DNA of 64,000 bases from NCBI GenBank assembly GCA_951406725.2, contig OX597814.1, positions 109,430,001 to 109,494,000 on the forward strand, written 5' to 3'. Made by a program: the position numbers and the translations under genes. Each line of letters starts with the position of its first letter. Within the stretch, counting starts at the first letter, position 1. Of this stretch, positions 48,968 to 63,768 are shown in pieces. Source of the stretch: Octopus vulgaris. Lineage: Eukaryota. Below the pieces are notes generated by a model, which searched no databases, was not told where the DNA came from, and worked only from the letters and a program-made list of their open reading frames with translations.

Positions 48968-51900
48968 GTATATAAAGGGATCTCCAGTTTGCTTACTTGG
49001 TTCGGGTTTTAGCTTTATTTCATTAGCTATGAATACAGTTGTTTTATCAGTAGCATCTCATGATGAAATAATTATTCTCTCTGCTGTCAGTTGTATGTAG
49101 AGAAGCAACATAGCATCACGTGCTGGCATTACTTTAACATCTGTTGTGGACTTCTTTTTTTTTTTCTTCTTCTAAGTAGATTTCTGAGAGCCTTGTTGTT
49201 TCAACTGTCCTTTACCCTTGAATGCCTATAGTGTTCATTATTTTGCTGGCTTATTATTTGTATTATATATATGTGTATATATATATATATATATATAATA
49301 CAAACATGCACACACATACATTAGTAAATGTCAACGCTGACATAAGATTGATTTTTCTTTTCCTTCAATATTTCACCACACTTCAATCTTTTCATTTTAT
49401 AATAGCTGTTTGAATATGAGTTTTTTTAAATTTTTTTTTTTATTATTATTATTTTCAACTTGTTTCAGTCATTTGATTGTGGCCATACTAGGGCACTGAT
49501 TTGAAGGATTTTTAGTCTAATGAATCAACCAAAGTACTTATTTTTTAAAAAATTCTTCTTTTTAAGCTTGCTATTTGTCCTATCGGTCTTTTTTGTTGAG
49601 TTGCTAAGTTACAGGGATGTAAACACACCAACACCATTTGCAAGTTGTGGTAGGGGATAAACACTGACACACACACACACACACACACACAAACATGACA
49701 GGCTTTCAGTTTCCATCTACCAAATCCACTCACAAGGCTTTGGTTGGCCTGAGGCTACAGTAGAAGACACAGATCGTGTCGTATAGCCAGCTGGAAACAA
49801 TGTCTCCTGGGGCTAAATTGCAGTAATATTCGTCCTAAACCAGGACTGCCATGTTATGTTGGCAAACAATCTTTACTACAGAGCCATGTCTAGTTTGCCA
49901 ACTAATCTGCAAAATTAGTCAAGAAGCATTGGAACAAATATACTTTACAGCAGTCATTTGGTCTCTTTACCAAGTTCAAATTCCACCAATGTTTTCTGTT
50001 TCTGGTGGGGCAGTGAAATAAGTCAGATACGGAGGTTAATGGTAATCAACTGCTTCCCCTCCTCTCAAAATTGCTTGCCTTCAGTCTAAATCAGAAATCT
50101 TCATTTTATTGAAAAAGCACCATCCAAATGTGGCCGATGCCAGCGCCACATTGACTGGCCTCTGTGCCGGTGGCATGTAAAAAGCACCAACCGATCGTGG
50201 CCGCTGCCAGTATCCCCTGGTACCTGTGCCGGTGGCACATAAAAAGCACCCACTACACTCACGGAGTGGTTGGTGTTAGGAAGGGCATCCAGCTGTAAAA
50301 ACACTGCCAGATCAGACTGGAGCCTGGTGCAGCCTCCTGGCTTCCCAGACCACGGTCGAACTGTCCAACCCGTGCTAGCACGGAAAACAGGCATTAAATG
50401 ATGATGATGAAGCAGCAGTTTGCTAAGTCATGAAATGGTGGCTTACTCACTGATGCAAATAAATAAAATGAAATTTTTGATGAATTTCTTAATTTCATGG
50501 ATCTTTATGCAAAGATTTTGAAGAATACAAAATTGTCACTACATGTTCTTGTTTTATTTCCCAGAAGCTGTTAAATCAGCATTATTGATGATGGTTTGGA
50601 AATGTGTTTCCCGACCATGTGGTTTCGGGTTCAGTTCCACTGCGCAGTACTTTAGGCAAATATCTTCTACTGTAGTCCCAGGCCAACCAAAGTCTCTGGG
50701 TAGATCTGGTGGATGGCAGGCGAAAGCCCATTGTGTACGTATATGTATGTTTGTGTGTAGCCTTGTTGTGACATCATGTGATTGTTAATGATCATTAACC
50801 ATCATACAAGGGTTGTTGTTCATTTCCAATGTTCTGTGTGAATGTGTGTGGCCATGGAGATATTTCTTCATCATCATTAAACAATGATGATGATGGAGAA
50901 ATATTACCTTTTGGAAACAGGTGAGGATTGGTGACAGGAAGAGTATCCAACTTTAGAAATTCTGCCTCAACAAATTCCATCTGATGCATACAAGCATGGA
51001 AAAGTGAAAATTAAAAAAAAATTTTAATGATGATGGTGTAAATTCTGTAAATGAAAAATGCAATTAATGTATTTACTCTGCTGTTTTTTTTTTCTTTATC
51101 TTTTGACTCAACTAATTTCAGCCTTTTCTGAATGGTCCCAATCCAAATATGTGTTTTCCAGTCTTCTAAATTCTAATATATTTATTACTTGCTTGTGTGT
51201 GTGTGTATGTTTCATTGACATATTTAGTGTTTACTATGGCATCAGTTAGTCTTGCAAAACCAGCAAACGCTGGAGCGAGATGAGGAGGTTGGGTATCTGC
51301 ATGTGGGCCAGGATCACAATGGCCAACTAGGGAAAATTTGAGATATACATCTGCATCATTTGGGCATACACTGCATTCTGTCCTCTTCAAAATTGGTTTT
51401 TGGTCAGGGTCAGAGATCTGTGGAGCTACAAAAAGCTGCATGACCAGGAGGTATACTATTGAGAGAGCTAGACTTATACAAAATATCCGACCACCTTATT
51501 TTTACTGAATTCTTTGTATTCACATTTTTGATTTTGTGTTGATTTCTTCTGATGATTACCAATGTCGTATTAATTCCTTTCCTCAACTTTTGCTCTGAGC
51601 TGGCATAAATGGTGATGTGTGCAACTAAAAACATTGAGTCAGATCTTGAATCAGTATCTCAGCCTACCTGTAATCACTGAGCATATCAGACTCTGTTTGG
51701 TGGGTTCATTAGTTGGAGCAAAGCTCATCCAATCTCAGGTGGGCATGAACCCAAAGTTAGTTGGATCTCATTGTTGATGGCTTGCTCAGTCTATCTCACA
51801 TCCAGAATGCATCTCATGCTACAAAGGTGGAAGAGGTTGAGCTCCAGTTCTATGAAGCAATGTCCTTACCATGCAGCTTCATGTATATCATCAGCTTGTT

Positions 51901-52668
51901 CGACCTAATGCTTTTTGCTAGCCTGGTAAATCATCATTTAACACCTATTTTCCATGCTGGCATGGGTTGACAGGAGCTGGTAAGGCTGGAGAGTTGCACC
52001 AGGCTCCATGTGCCTGTTCTGGTGAGGTGTCTATGGCTGGATGCCTTTCCTAATGCCAACCACTTTAGAGAGTGGACTGAGTGCTTTATATGTGTTGAGG
52101 CTATTTTCTTGATATTTGCCAGCTAAGTGGACTGGAGCAATGTGAAATAAAGTATTTCACAATGCATTGCCTGGTCCCGGAATTGAAACCACAATCTTGT
52201 GATCTCTTTTTTTATCAAACAGTTACTCATTGCCTTCTTACTGTTGCAGCTAGTAGTCATTTGCATAGCAATAGTGTTTTCTGGACCTTGCTTCTTGCTG
52301 CCCTTAGTACTTGTATGGTTCCTCACTTGGAGGGGGTCCTCTAATACTGCAGCACACTTTACCTCAATAACAGTGGTGAACTTAATTCAGTAGAGCTTGC
52401 TTCAAACTTGTTTTTCGTTTTGTCATATTTGTTCCCTGAAGGCCTTGAGTGCTATAAATGGTGTCCTTGAGAGAGTCCCAGCTTAGTTGAGCATCTCCAT
52501 CTGGTAGACTTTCAAAGGCATCAACCTCTACCAATTTGATGAATTCAGTCACATTGGTTACTGGACCTTAACCAATGCACTGCTTACCTGCAGACATGGT
52601 GTAGGGCATCTCCTTTGGTTGAAGTCTTATAACAATTCAAGAAGCGACACCAATATATTCTTGGAAAC

Positions 52669-52870
52669 CAGCAGTTCTCAACTGGGATCCATTTAGTATG
52701 TTTCTACAATGCACAAAATGTTCTGAACATTTTTTTAAATACAATTCCTATTAATATTTAATCCTAGAAATATAATAGGATTGTTTGAATATTGAATAGT
52801 TATGGGGGTCCAATAGAGTAAAATAAGAACCAAAAGGGGTCCAAAGAGAAGAAATAGCTGAGAACCACTG
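52669..52870. mobile_element. hAT (MER5-like) MITE
   Basis: Ends cagcagttctcaac...gctgagaaccactg, followed by tcctagac. Confidence 0.55.
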
Positions 52871-53710
52871 TCCTAGACCAAAGTTCAGCTCAAAGTGTCT
52901 TGGCAATATCCTTGTCCCAAACACCTCTGCCAGCTTTTATGTACGATTGACACCTATTTTTATTAGATGAGGAAAATAATTGTTTTTAATTCATTATTTA
53001 CAGTAGTTTCTCTTCTCTATATTCTTATACCAGTTTCAGTTTTCAGAATCTTAGACATTTTATTAGTGAAATCCTGAAGCCCTGAAAAGAGCAGAAATGC
53101 CACCATCATTGGAAGGCATGATGGTAGTTGGAAATGAAATGCAAAGCATAAAAAATACTTTGTCCTTTCTTCCCACTTCACAGAACAAATTACACTTTTA
53201 TGGATCCTGGTCTGGGAAACCCATCAGTTTTTACTGGGCACTGCACTCATCTGTAGGACCTGTGACTGTAGACGAGGTTGAAAGACAGTGTAGAGAGCAC
53301 ATGCTTAAAGGTAGTATAATGAGTACTTGGGACTGAAGTGTCAAGTTGTTCATTTATAACTGATATACAAAAATGTACCGCTCCTGTTTAAAATTATGAC
53401 TCACCTGCCAGGTTAATCATCATAGCTGATGCGTGTTTGTGTGAAATCACCCTCCCCTCGAGAATTATTTCAAGTTAAGCATAGGTTCTCTCATTCTCTA
53501 AATCCTGGGATGTTTCATTGGAATATTAACTACAAATGATATAAATCGAATCACTTTTCAACTGTGCTGTACTGTAGACATCTGAGAGTCACCTGTCAGG
53601 TGGGTCAGAATTAGTATAAATTTTCAGTTCGGTATGTGAGTTAAGTGGTTTGAAGGAAGCTTATTTTACTGAACACTATATTTCCATTGTCATTGAGAAA
53701 TTATATGTAT

Positions 53711-54129
53711 GCGCAGGAGTGGCTGTGTGGTAAGTAGCTTGCTTACCAACCACATGGTTCCAGGTTCAGTCCCACTGTGTGGCACCTCGGGCAAGTGTCT
53801 TCTACTATAGCCTTGGGCCGACCAAAGCCTTGTGAGTGGATTTGGTTTACGGAAACTGAAAGAAGCCCGCCGTGTGTATGTATATATATGTGTGTGTATA
53901 TATATATATAATGTATGTATGTATGTATATGTTTGTGTGTCTGTGTTTGTCCCCGTACCATCACTTGACAACTGATGCTGGTGTGTTTATGTCCCCGTAA
54001 CTTAGCACTTTGGCAAAAGAGACCAATAGAATAAGTACTAGGCTTACAAAGAATAAATCCTGGGGTTGATTTGTTTAAAAGGCAGTGCTCCAGCATGGCC
54101 ACAGTCAAATGACAAACAAATAAAAGAAT
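53711..54129 (+). mobile_element. Family A SINE
   Basis: Full length. Further copies or fragments start at about 4725, 8375, 14825, 27845, 45470, 46970, 49460, 58467 and 62540. Confidence 0.85.
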
Positions 54130-54842
54130 ATATATTTATATATTGCGTGTGTGTGTGTCTCTAAACATCCGTGTGCGTGTCCCCCTCTTACATAAAAACC
54201 CATTTCCTTTCTTCTTTTCTCATTTCTAGTCTATTATAGTAGTTACAGCTACCAAGCTTTGCTCTCAAAATGCCATGAGGTAATTTGTAATTTTTTTTTT
54301 TTTTTGACACAGGAAGGCCAATGGGTTGAGACAGTCTGACTAGATTAGCAATTTCACGTTATGTCATTGCATATTTATCATACCTTTCCCAATGTGTAAT
54401 CATAGTTTTTTTAACATATGACAGCCAAGAAAGAAATGTGTGCGGCATGATTGGTAAAATTGTACTGATTCATTGTGGTTGTTTAGTCCCATGTTGGCCT
54501 TGATCAAAGACATACCACTCATGGCCATCCAGTCTTTGAAGGGTATCTAGGACTATGTTAATGTTGTCATTTCTTTCTCCCAGATTGTAGATTGTGATGC
54601 AAGTGAGATTTGGCTGCTGTTTCTAGCACTTTCAGCTACCATCTGGTCTGTCAGTTTTAATAATTAGCCAGGCAGAGGAGTCGCAAGTACTTGTTATGTC
54701 TCCGTTTTAAATATGTTTCTATAAAGGGTGAGGGTTGGATTTAATTTCGATCGGTCATAATAATCAGGTGTGTGTCTCATACAGCTTATGTGGCTGCATC
54801 ACAGGTAATCAGCATAGCCTTCATAGTTATTCAACCACTGCC

Positions 54843-54918
<76 letters not shown>

Positions 54919-55222
54919 TAGAAAACCACCTTTTATCAATTCAAAATGAACAATAAAATTACACCATCTAGAAAATTACATATAATAGAAATATTAAAAA
55001 TAAAATAACAATAATATACCGCTGATTAAGTAAATTGCAAAATAATAATAAAATCGTAATTTTCTAGGTGGCGTAATTTTATTGTTCATTTTGAATTGAT
55101 AAAAGGTGGATTTTCTAATTTTTATATATATTATATTTTGTGAAATTTGATTTAGTATTTCTAAATTGAATTTTTCCCTGTAAGTTAGGAATGATATTCC
55201 CTCAAATTATTATTATTATCAT

Positions 55223-55224
<2 letters not shown>

Positions 55225-55274
<50 letters not shown>

Positions 55275-55639
55275 TATATATATGCATATATACATACGTA
55301 TATGTACATACTTATATATGTATGTATGTATATATATATATATATATGTATAAATAGTATATATATATATATATAAATAGTATAAATAGTATATATATAT
55401 ATATATGTATAAATAGTATATATATATATATGTATAAATAGTATATATATATATATGTATAAATAGTATATATATATATATGTATAAATAGTATATATAT
55501 ATATATATATATATGTATAAAGTATAAATAGTATATATATATATATATGTATAAATAGTATATATATATATATGTATAAATAGTATATATATATGCATAT
55601 ATATATATATACGTATATGTACATACTTATATATGTATG

Positions 55640-55678
<39 letters not shown>

Positions 55679-55750
55679 GTATAAATAGTATATATATGCA
55701 TATATATATATATATATATATACGTATATGTACATACTTATATATGTATG

Positions 55751-55787
<37 letters not shown>

Positions 55788-56915
55788 GTATATATATGCA
55801 TATATACATACGTATATGTACATACTTATATATGTTTGTATGTATGTATATATATATATATATATAAATAGTATATATGTGCATATATACATACGTATAT
55901 GTATGTATGTATGTATATATATATATATATAAATAGTATATATATGCATATATACATACGTATATGTATATATATATATAAATAGTATATATATGCATAT
56001 ATACATACGTATATGTACATACTTATATACATACGTATATGTACATACTTATATATGTATGTATGTATATATATATGCATATATACATACGTATATGTAT
56101 ATATATATATAAATAGTATATATATGCATATATACATACGTATATGTACATACTTATATACATACGTATATGTACATACTGATATATGTATGTATGTATA
56201 TATATATATATATATATAAATAGTATATATATATATGCATATATACATACGTATATGTACATACTTATATACATACGTATATGTACATACTTATATATGT
56301 ATGTATATATATATATATATATATAAATAGTATATATATATATGCATATATACATACGTATATGTACATACTTATATATGTATGTATATATATATATATA
56401 TATAAATAGTATATATATGCATATATACATACGTATACGTACATACTTATATATGTATGTATATATATATATATAAATAGTATATATATGCATATATACA
56501 TACGTATACGTACATACTTATATATGTATGTATATATATATATATATATATAAATAGTATATATATGCATATATACATACGTATATGTACATACTTATAT
56601 ATGTATGTATGTATATATATATATATATATAAATAAATAGTATATATATGCATATATACATACGTATATGTACATACTTATATATGTATGTATGTATATA
56701 TATATATATATAAATAGTATATATATGCATATATACATATGTATATGTACATACTTATGTATGTATGTATGTATATATATATAAATAGTATATATATGCA
56801 TATATACATACGTATATGTACATACTTATATATGTATGTATATATATATATATATATATAAATAAATAGTATATATATGCATATATACATACGTATATGT
56901 ACATATATATGTATG

Positions 56916-56946
<31 letters not shown>

Positions 56947-57110
56947 TATATAAATGCATATATACATACGTATATGTACATACTTATGTATGTATGTATA
57001 TATATATATATATATAAATAGTATATATATATGCATATATACATACGTATATGTACATACTTATATATGTATGTATATATATGTATATATATATATATAT
57101 ATGTATGCAT
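55225..57110. repeat. Higher-order TA-based satellite (~60-70 bp variable unit)
   Basis: Unit aaatagtatatatatgcatatatacatacgtatatgtacatacttatatatgtatg(ta)n, repeated over ~1.9 kb. Confidence 0.95.
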
Positions 57111-58253
57111 ATGTGGGCACAGGACATCATGAAACATGTACAACAAAAAAGTACGAAGCACGAGTACATGGAACATGAACTATTCTTTTCAAAAAACGAA
57201 AGACACAAATGAAAAACAAAACAAACAAAATAAAGAACGACCCTTCATCAGTTGTTGGCTGTTTTTCTAGTCTTGTATTTCGAGCATTTGAAAACAATAT
57301 ACACTTTTGATAAAACAGTTGCTCCTGCAAAGCAAATTAAATAAAATTTGGGATTTTGCAGAGGGTCAAAATAGGTAAAACAAATAGAGCAGTGAAAATA
57401 CACAGGAAGGGCTGCTAAGCCTAAATGAGGTTGTGGTGGTGAATTTGTGAATCAAGCTAGGACAGGAGACAAACAAGAACACATCTTCCTTGTTCCAGCT
57501 ACAAGGATTGAAGTGTAGGAAGAAAGTTAACTTCAAGCAGTCCATAGTAAACATAAAAAATAACTTTCTGGGACAATAGCGGTTTATTGAGATGGAAGGT
57601 TGTGGATTTTTTTTATATTGAAGTACGATAAGCTGGAAAGGGTTCTTTTTATATTTAACAGTAGGCGACCAGTGTTGCCATGTGTGCAAATAAGAATACT
57701 AGAGTTATGGAACGGTGTAAAGGTCCGAGCTACATATCTTGTAGCGAGCAGAACCTCAGAAGTGGTAAATATCCAAGCGAGGTGTATACTGCAGGCTACT
57801 TTTCAGGCCAAGGATATCTTGATTAAATGAAAGTTCCCATTGTCGCAAGGAGGATACATGTTAACACATGGAAGATTCACTAGCTTGGATGTTTACCACT
57901 TCTGAGGTTCCGCTTGTGATGAAACCTATGTAGTCTGGATCTTATCTACTTCATTCTGTAACTCTTGTTTGTGTAATATATATAATAAATTATATAATAT
58001 ATGTAATAAATTAATAATTAATAGTTTTATCAAGTAGTTCGATACGTTAAAATCTTTTTAGGTAAAATTATACAAATATCCTATAATTATAATCAGGGGT
58101 CAGCTAATTGCTTCACCACACACCGAATTTAGAAATAGGAGTTAAAATGCCTTTTCTGCTACCATAAAAATCTCCCAGACGGCAACGTGCATAGTGAAGC
58201 AATTAGCTGACCCCTGATTATAATTATGTTTATAATTATAGAACATTTATATA

Positions 58254-58304
<51 letters not shown>

Positions 58305-61300
58305 AAATGTGTATGTAATCATGAAAGTTACTTACAAGAGGGTATTTTTTTCCTTTTCTTTTTATTTCAAATCTAGCTAATTCTTGCCAGTTACAACAAT
58401 CTCTTTCTCAAGGACCCCAGACCGTTTTCCTCACTGATAAAAACTAGTCACAGCCAATTCTTTTCGTTGTTTCAGTCAATTAGACTGTGGCCATGCTGGG
58501 GTACTGCCACAAAAACATTTTACTCGAATTAATCAACCCTAGTTTTTTTCCTTTTTTTTAAGCCTTATTGTATTGGTCTTTTTTTGCTGAACTCCTAAGT
58601 TATTGGGACATAAATATACCAACAGCGGTTCTCAAGCAGTGCTGAGGGACAGAAACGTGTGTGTGCACGTGCACACCCGCACATACACATATTCATGGAG
58701 AGTTTCTTTTAGTTTACGTCTACCAAATCCATTCACAAGGCTTTGGTTGGCCTGGTGGAGCTACAGTAGAAGACTCTTGCCTAAGATGCCACACAGTGGG
58801 ACTGAACCCAGAACTGTGTGTTTGGGAAGCAAGCATCTTCTTATATAGCCATGCCTGTGAAGACTTTTTAAATATGTTTCTACAACAGTGGTGAAAATGA
58901 TTGATTTTTGTTGAGTGAATCTCATATATTCACTCTGTATCAGTTTTACAAAAATCTATTTACACACACATCAACATCATCATCATTTAAATATTAACTT
59001 TTTCATGTGCTTGCATGGGTTGGATGGAGTCGCCTGTTTCCATGCCGGGTAATAGTTTCTCCATGGCCAGACAGGTTTTTTGACAGAATATTGGAAAGGA
59101 ATGACACTGCTTGTATGACAGTGACACTCATTTACAATTATCACACAGTCTGTATGGAGGGGGGGGACACCTCACCACACATGTATACGCACTCATGGAC
59201 GTATGCACATACATGAACTATCACAATGTCTATATGAGGATACACCACATACTACATACATACACATGCATACACACACGCATATGCACACATACACACA
59301 CACGCATACTCATATGCATGCATGCACACTTACACGTATACACATACGCACATACAGACACACACAAGAAGACACTTGCCTAAGGTGCCAAGCAGTAATG
59401 CAGGTTAATAATGACTGTCTTTTTTTTTCTTTTTCACTCAATTCGTTATTTTCCAATTTGAAACGAAGGCAGTGTTTCAGCTGAAACATGGTAACAAAAG
59501 AGTTAACATTATTTACATTTGACAGATATTTGTCCTCGTCTTGTTTGTTGTTACAAATATCCATCAAATGTAAATAATGTGAATAATGTACATAATTCCT
59601 CATCTCTTGAATACAGAACTGAAAAAGAGTTAACCAGTTAATTTGCCTCCATTCCAATTAAATCTGGAAATGATAGTTTCCTTCTCAAGCCATGCTGGGC
59701 TCACAAGGGCCAGTTTCATCATCATCAAGTGTTTTAAATCCGAGTTTTGTCCCCGTTAATGGGGGTGACTGGATCTACCTCAATGCCATAGCAACCAAGG
59801 TAGGCAGGTGCAGCCCACCCCAACCTTTGGGCTGGCTGGCTGGTGCCCATTCTCCTTTGCTATCTTGAGGCTTTTTTGGAGCTAGATTTTCTATGGGGAG
59901 CATGCCCTTGCTTACCCCCAACCTCAGGTTCTAGACATGAGTGGTTCCAAGACCAAGGCCTCTACCACAATTTTTAAGAAATGTGGTGGAAAACTAGCTC
60001 AAGAAGGCAGGAACGCTACTCCCTGAGATCCCTTTTCGGTGCCCCCTACCTTCAGTGATGTATATATTCCCCGCCTTGATGGGATACCAGTCCGTTGCAG
60101 GATTACGCATTTTCGCCAGCTGAGTGGACTGGAACAACGTGAAATGAATTGTTTTGCTCAAGAACACATGTTACCTGATCTTACAATCATGCCCAAACCA
60201 TTAAGCCATCCACCTCCACTTTCATACCAACTTTGACATTACTAAGCTGATATTTGGAACAAAAACATGAAATTATAAAATTACTATTTGTAAATCTCAC
60301 AAGGAGAGATATTCAGCAACAGTACTTTGGAGACATCGTTTCCAGCTGCCTATATGACACAATCTGTGTCCTTATATTTTTAAACAAGGGAATCTAGCTC
60401 CCCCACTCAGCTCAAAACAGTATCTGTATATCATGATTTCCAGGTTATTTCCCTTCATTAGCACAGAATGATTGTTCGACTTGAGGTGGTGCTGCCAAAT
60501 TCCCATTCAAAATATTCCCATTCAGTGACAACTAGTCACTGATCTATAAATTAGAAAATTACTATTTGTAAATCTCACAAGGAGAGATATTCAGCAACAG
60601 TACTTTGGAATCTAGCACCCCCACACAGCTCAGAACAATATGTGTGTATCGTGATTTCTGGGTTATTTCCCTTCATCAGCTCAGAATAATGTCTCCTGGG
60701 TGGCCTTGCTTTTTTGAGCCCAAAAATTAACTAACTAACTAACTTTCGTCCTAAACCAGGACTGCCATGTTATGTTGGCAAATAATCTTTACTACAAACA
60801 TGAAATGTTGATAGTTTTTTATTAAGATCACATTAAAACTGGAAGTTAGTGTTACAGAGCCGGAGTCAGTTTCAGGTGGTTTGCTATGAAACAGCTTAAT
60901 ACATCCTGTTTGATTACACAAACAGGTGGTGTTGTATTTTTTTAAAAAATGTTTTCTATTTTTCCACACAATACAGTCCTATAGTTTCTAGATATCTTCC
61001 CTCCCCTCTGTCTCCTATCAGCCTCTCTCTCTTGCTCCCTCTAGGTCTCTCTTTCTCCTCATACCTCCTTCTGGGTCTGTCTATCTCTTTCTCTCTCCCC
61101 TTTCCTTTCTTAAATTGTTTATTACAAAAGTTCTCATCAGCTTTTGTAATCTCTGTACTACTATTCCACCAATCCCAACATTAGAAATAAAGAGGACCCC
61201 CCCCCCAATAATGATTTAAGATAAAGCACTCAATCTCACCGCTACACCCACCCTGTTCAGTGTTAAAGGGCTTTCACACCCATTTCCATTCCCCCATAAA

Positions 61301-63548
61301 CATTTCTGAAGTTTTTTTTTTTTTTTTTTTTTTTTTCAAAGTACAAGGGTCAAAATCTGACATGCACATAAAACTGGTGAGAGCTGAGGTCACCTTTCAG
61401 CTACATAGAGTTGTTTTTAAAATCTTTATCCCCTACTCATTAGATTGCATCATGGGATCCCTTCAGAAACCTTATCTAATTCTAAATATGTTAATATTAT
61501 ACTTACAACTGCTCGAACATGCAGTATCTAATGGCTTGTCATTGTTTTAACATCCACTTCTCCATGCTTGCATGGGTTGGGCAGAATTTGTTGAGACACA
61601 TTTTCTATGACTGGATGCTCTTCCTGTTGCCAACCTGACCTGTTTGCAAGTAATGTAATATTTCCTCATGGCTAGACATGTTCTTAAAGAATATTGGAAA
61701 AGAATTTATATTCTCATTCCTGTACCCTGAGAGTATACCCAGGCACATTGCCACCATCTCACTCACTCTTGTTCTCTTCCACTCTTGATTTCTCTCTCTT
61801 TCTCTCTCTGACTAGATAATCATGTATTTCCTCTACAGCAAGGCACCTGCTTCTGTCCCTTTATCACACTCTGATCTCTCATCACCTAGCACAAAGCCAC
61901 CACTGCCATCACTCCCCCTCTCAAAGAATCTTTATCGTGCAAGGTTTCTATGGCTGGCTGCCTTTCCTAATGCCAAACACTCCAAGAGTGTAGTGAGTGT
62001 TTTCTACGTGCCACCGGCACAGGTGCTGATGACCCAACACCAGCATCGGCCACAACTATGGTCTCACTTTGTTTGGCAGGTCTACACAAGTACAGTATAC
62101 GACCAAGAGTCTCTGTCACCTGTCACTGCCTCCATGAGGCCCAAGGCTCAAACGGTGCTTTTTTGCATGCCACTGGTTCAAAATTAATAGAAACAAAGGC
62201 ATTGAATTTCACTAGAAATATGGTAACAATGCATTGTTATAAATCAGACGAGGCTGTATTTTAATACAAATACGAGAGTTCTGCAATGGTTGCTTGTTAT
62301 GCTAGATCCAAGACAGCTAAAAATAAATTTCAAATTGACCTGGAAATCTTATTTTATTCATATAGCTTTTGGTCTGCAACCATGTTGGGGCATTACTTTA
62401 AAGGGTTTTTTTTTTAGTTGTGGAAACTGACCCTAGACTTTTTTTTTTAAAGTTTGGTACTTGTTCCATCAGTGTCTTCTCTGCCAAATTCCTCAGTTCC
62501 TTCTTCTTGGCTATTCTGTTCTTGAGTAATGAGTGTGGGTGTGTTTATGTCCTTGTAACAGCAGTTTGGCAAAAGAGACTAATAGAATTTTAAAGAATAA
62601 ATAATAATAATAATAATAAAAGTACCAGAGTCAATTCATTTTGAGTGAAATTCCCTAACATGGTACTGCAGCATGGCCATAGTCTTATGACTGAAACGAA
62701 AGATAAAACACAATGTAAAATCAATTTTTTTTATTTTGTATGAAATTTCTTTGATGGTTGACTCGGCTAGAGCACACCATTTTTAAATGTGTGTAGTGGT
62801 TTACAGCCATTACTTCATTCAATCAATTTTAAATGTATATCGCATTAATTTCTCTATGACACCTTATTTTCACTGTTTCCTTTATTTGATTTGTGAGTTT
62901 TGATTAATTCCCACACCCCACCCTTCACTTTGTAGTGATTGACAATTATCTGATTAAACGAGAGTTAATTAGTTACTGCTTATCCACCATCATCCATCCA
63001 AATACTTTAAATAACTACTCCTGAGGGTCGAAAAGATCTTTTCTCACAACCTCCCTGATTGCCTTAAGTAATATCAATGTAAATTATGCCAAGCCCATAG
63101 CTTAATTGACAGCATGTTCTCTATCGTGTATTCATTCTGCTGAAATAATTGCTCACAATAACAAATTAAATATTTCGTCTCTCTCACGCAACATACTTAT
63201 TTCTAATCATGATTCGTATGTGAAAAAACACAAAAGGTTTGTATGTACACCATCGCATAATCTACATAAAGGCAAGATAGACTAACCTCATCGTGAAATA
63301 TATTTATCTTTTATCTGTTTAATAACGTAAATCAAAGCTGCACGATGACTCAACCAGAGAGAGATAGAGGAGAATCGTATTACTGTTTAATGACTTAGGA
63401 AGCGAAATATCTGAGAATGAGTCGGAGAGGATTACAAACCAGTGTCTTGTACAACCTGTCTTTGGCAATTTGATCTCATCCACCCTTTGCTGCAGTTTTA
63501 GAAAGGCAATTTTCATGGTATTCTGACAATTACACAAGTTGTTTTTAT

Positions 63549-63768
63549 GAGCTGGCAGAAACGTTAGCGTGCCGGGCGAAATGCTTTGCAGTATTTCGTC
63601 TGTCATTACGTTCTGAGTTCAAATTCTGCCGAGGTCGACTTTGCCTTTCATCCTCTCGGGGTCGATAAATAAAGTACCAGTTTTGCACTGGATCGATGTA
63701 ATCGTCTTAATCCCTTTGTCCTTGTTTGTCCCCTCTATGTTTAGCCCCTTGTGGGCAATAAATAAATA
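63549..63768 (+). mobile_element. Family C SINE (close to consensus)
   Basis: Full-length match with CpGs intact. Confidence 0.8.

Noticed and set aside
54290-54345. Strong plus-strand acceptor (T-run, gacacAG|GAA) as GDI exon 2
   Set aside because: Reads EGQWVETV*, not the conserved ECILSG sequence.
55185-57208. Cluster of Y/I/H-rich ORFs
   Set aside because: Products of the TA-based satellite.
63319-63606. 95-aa minus-strand ORF
   Set aside because: Its start lies within a family C SINE, and it has no recognisable domain.
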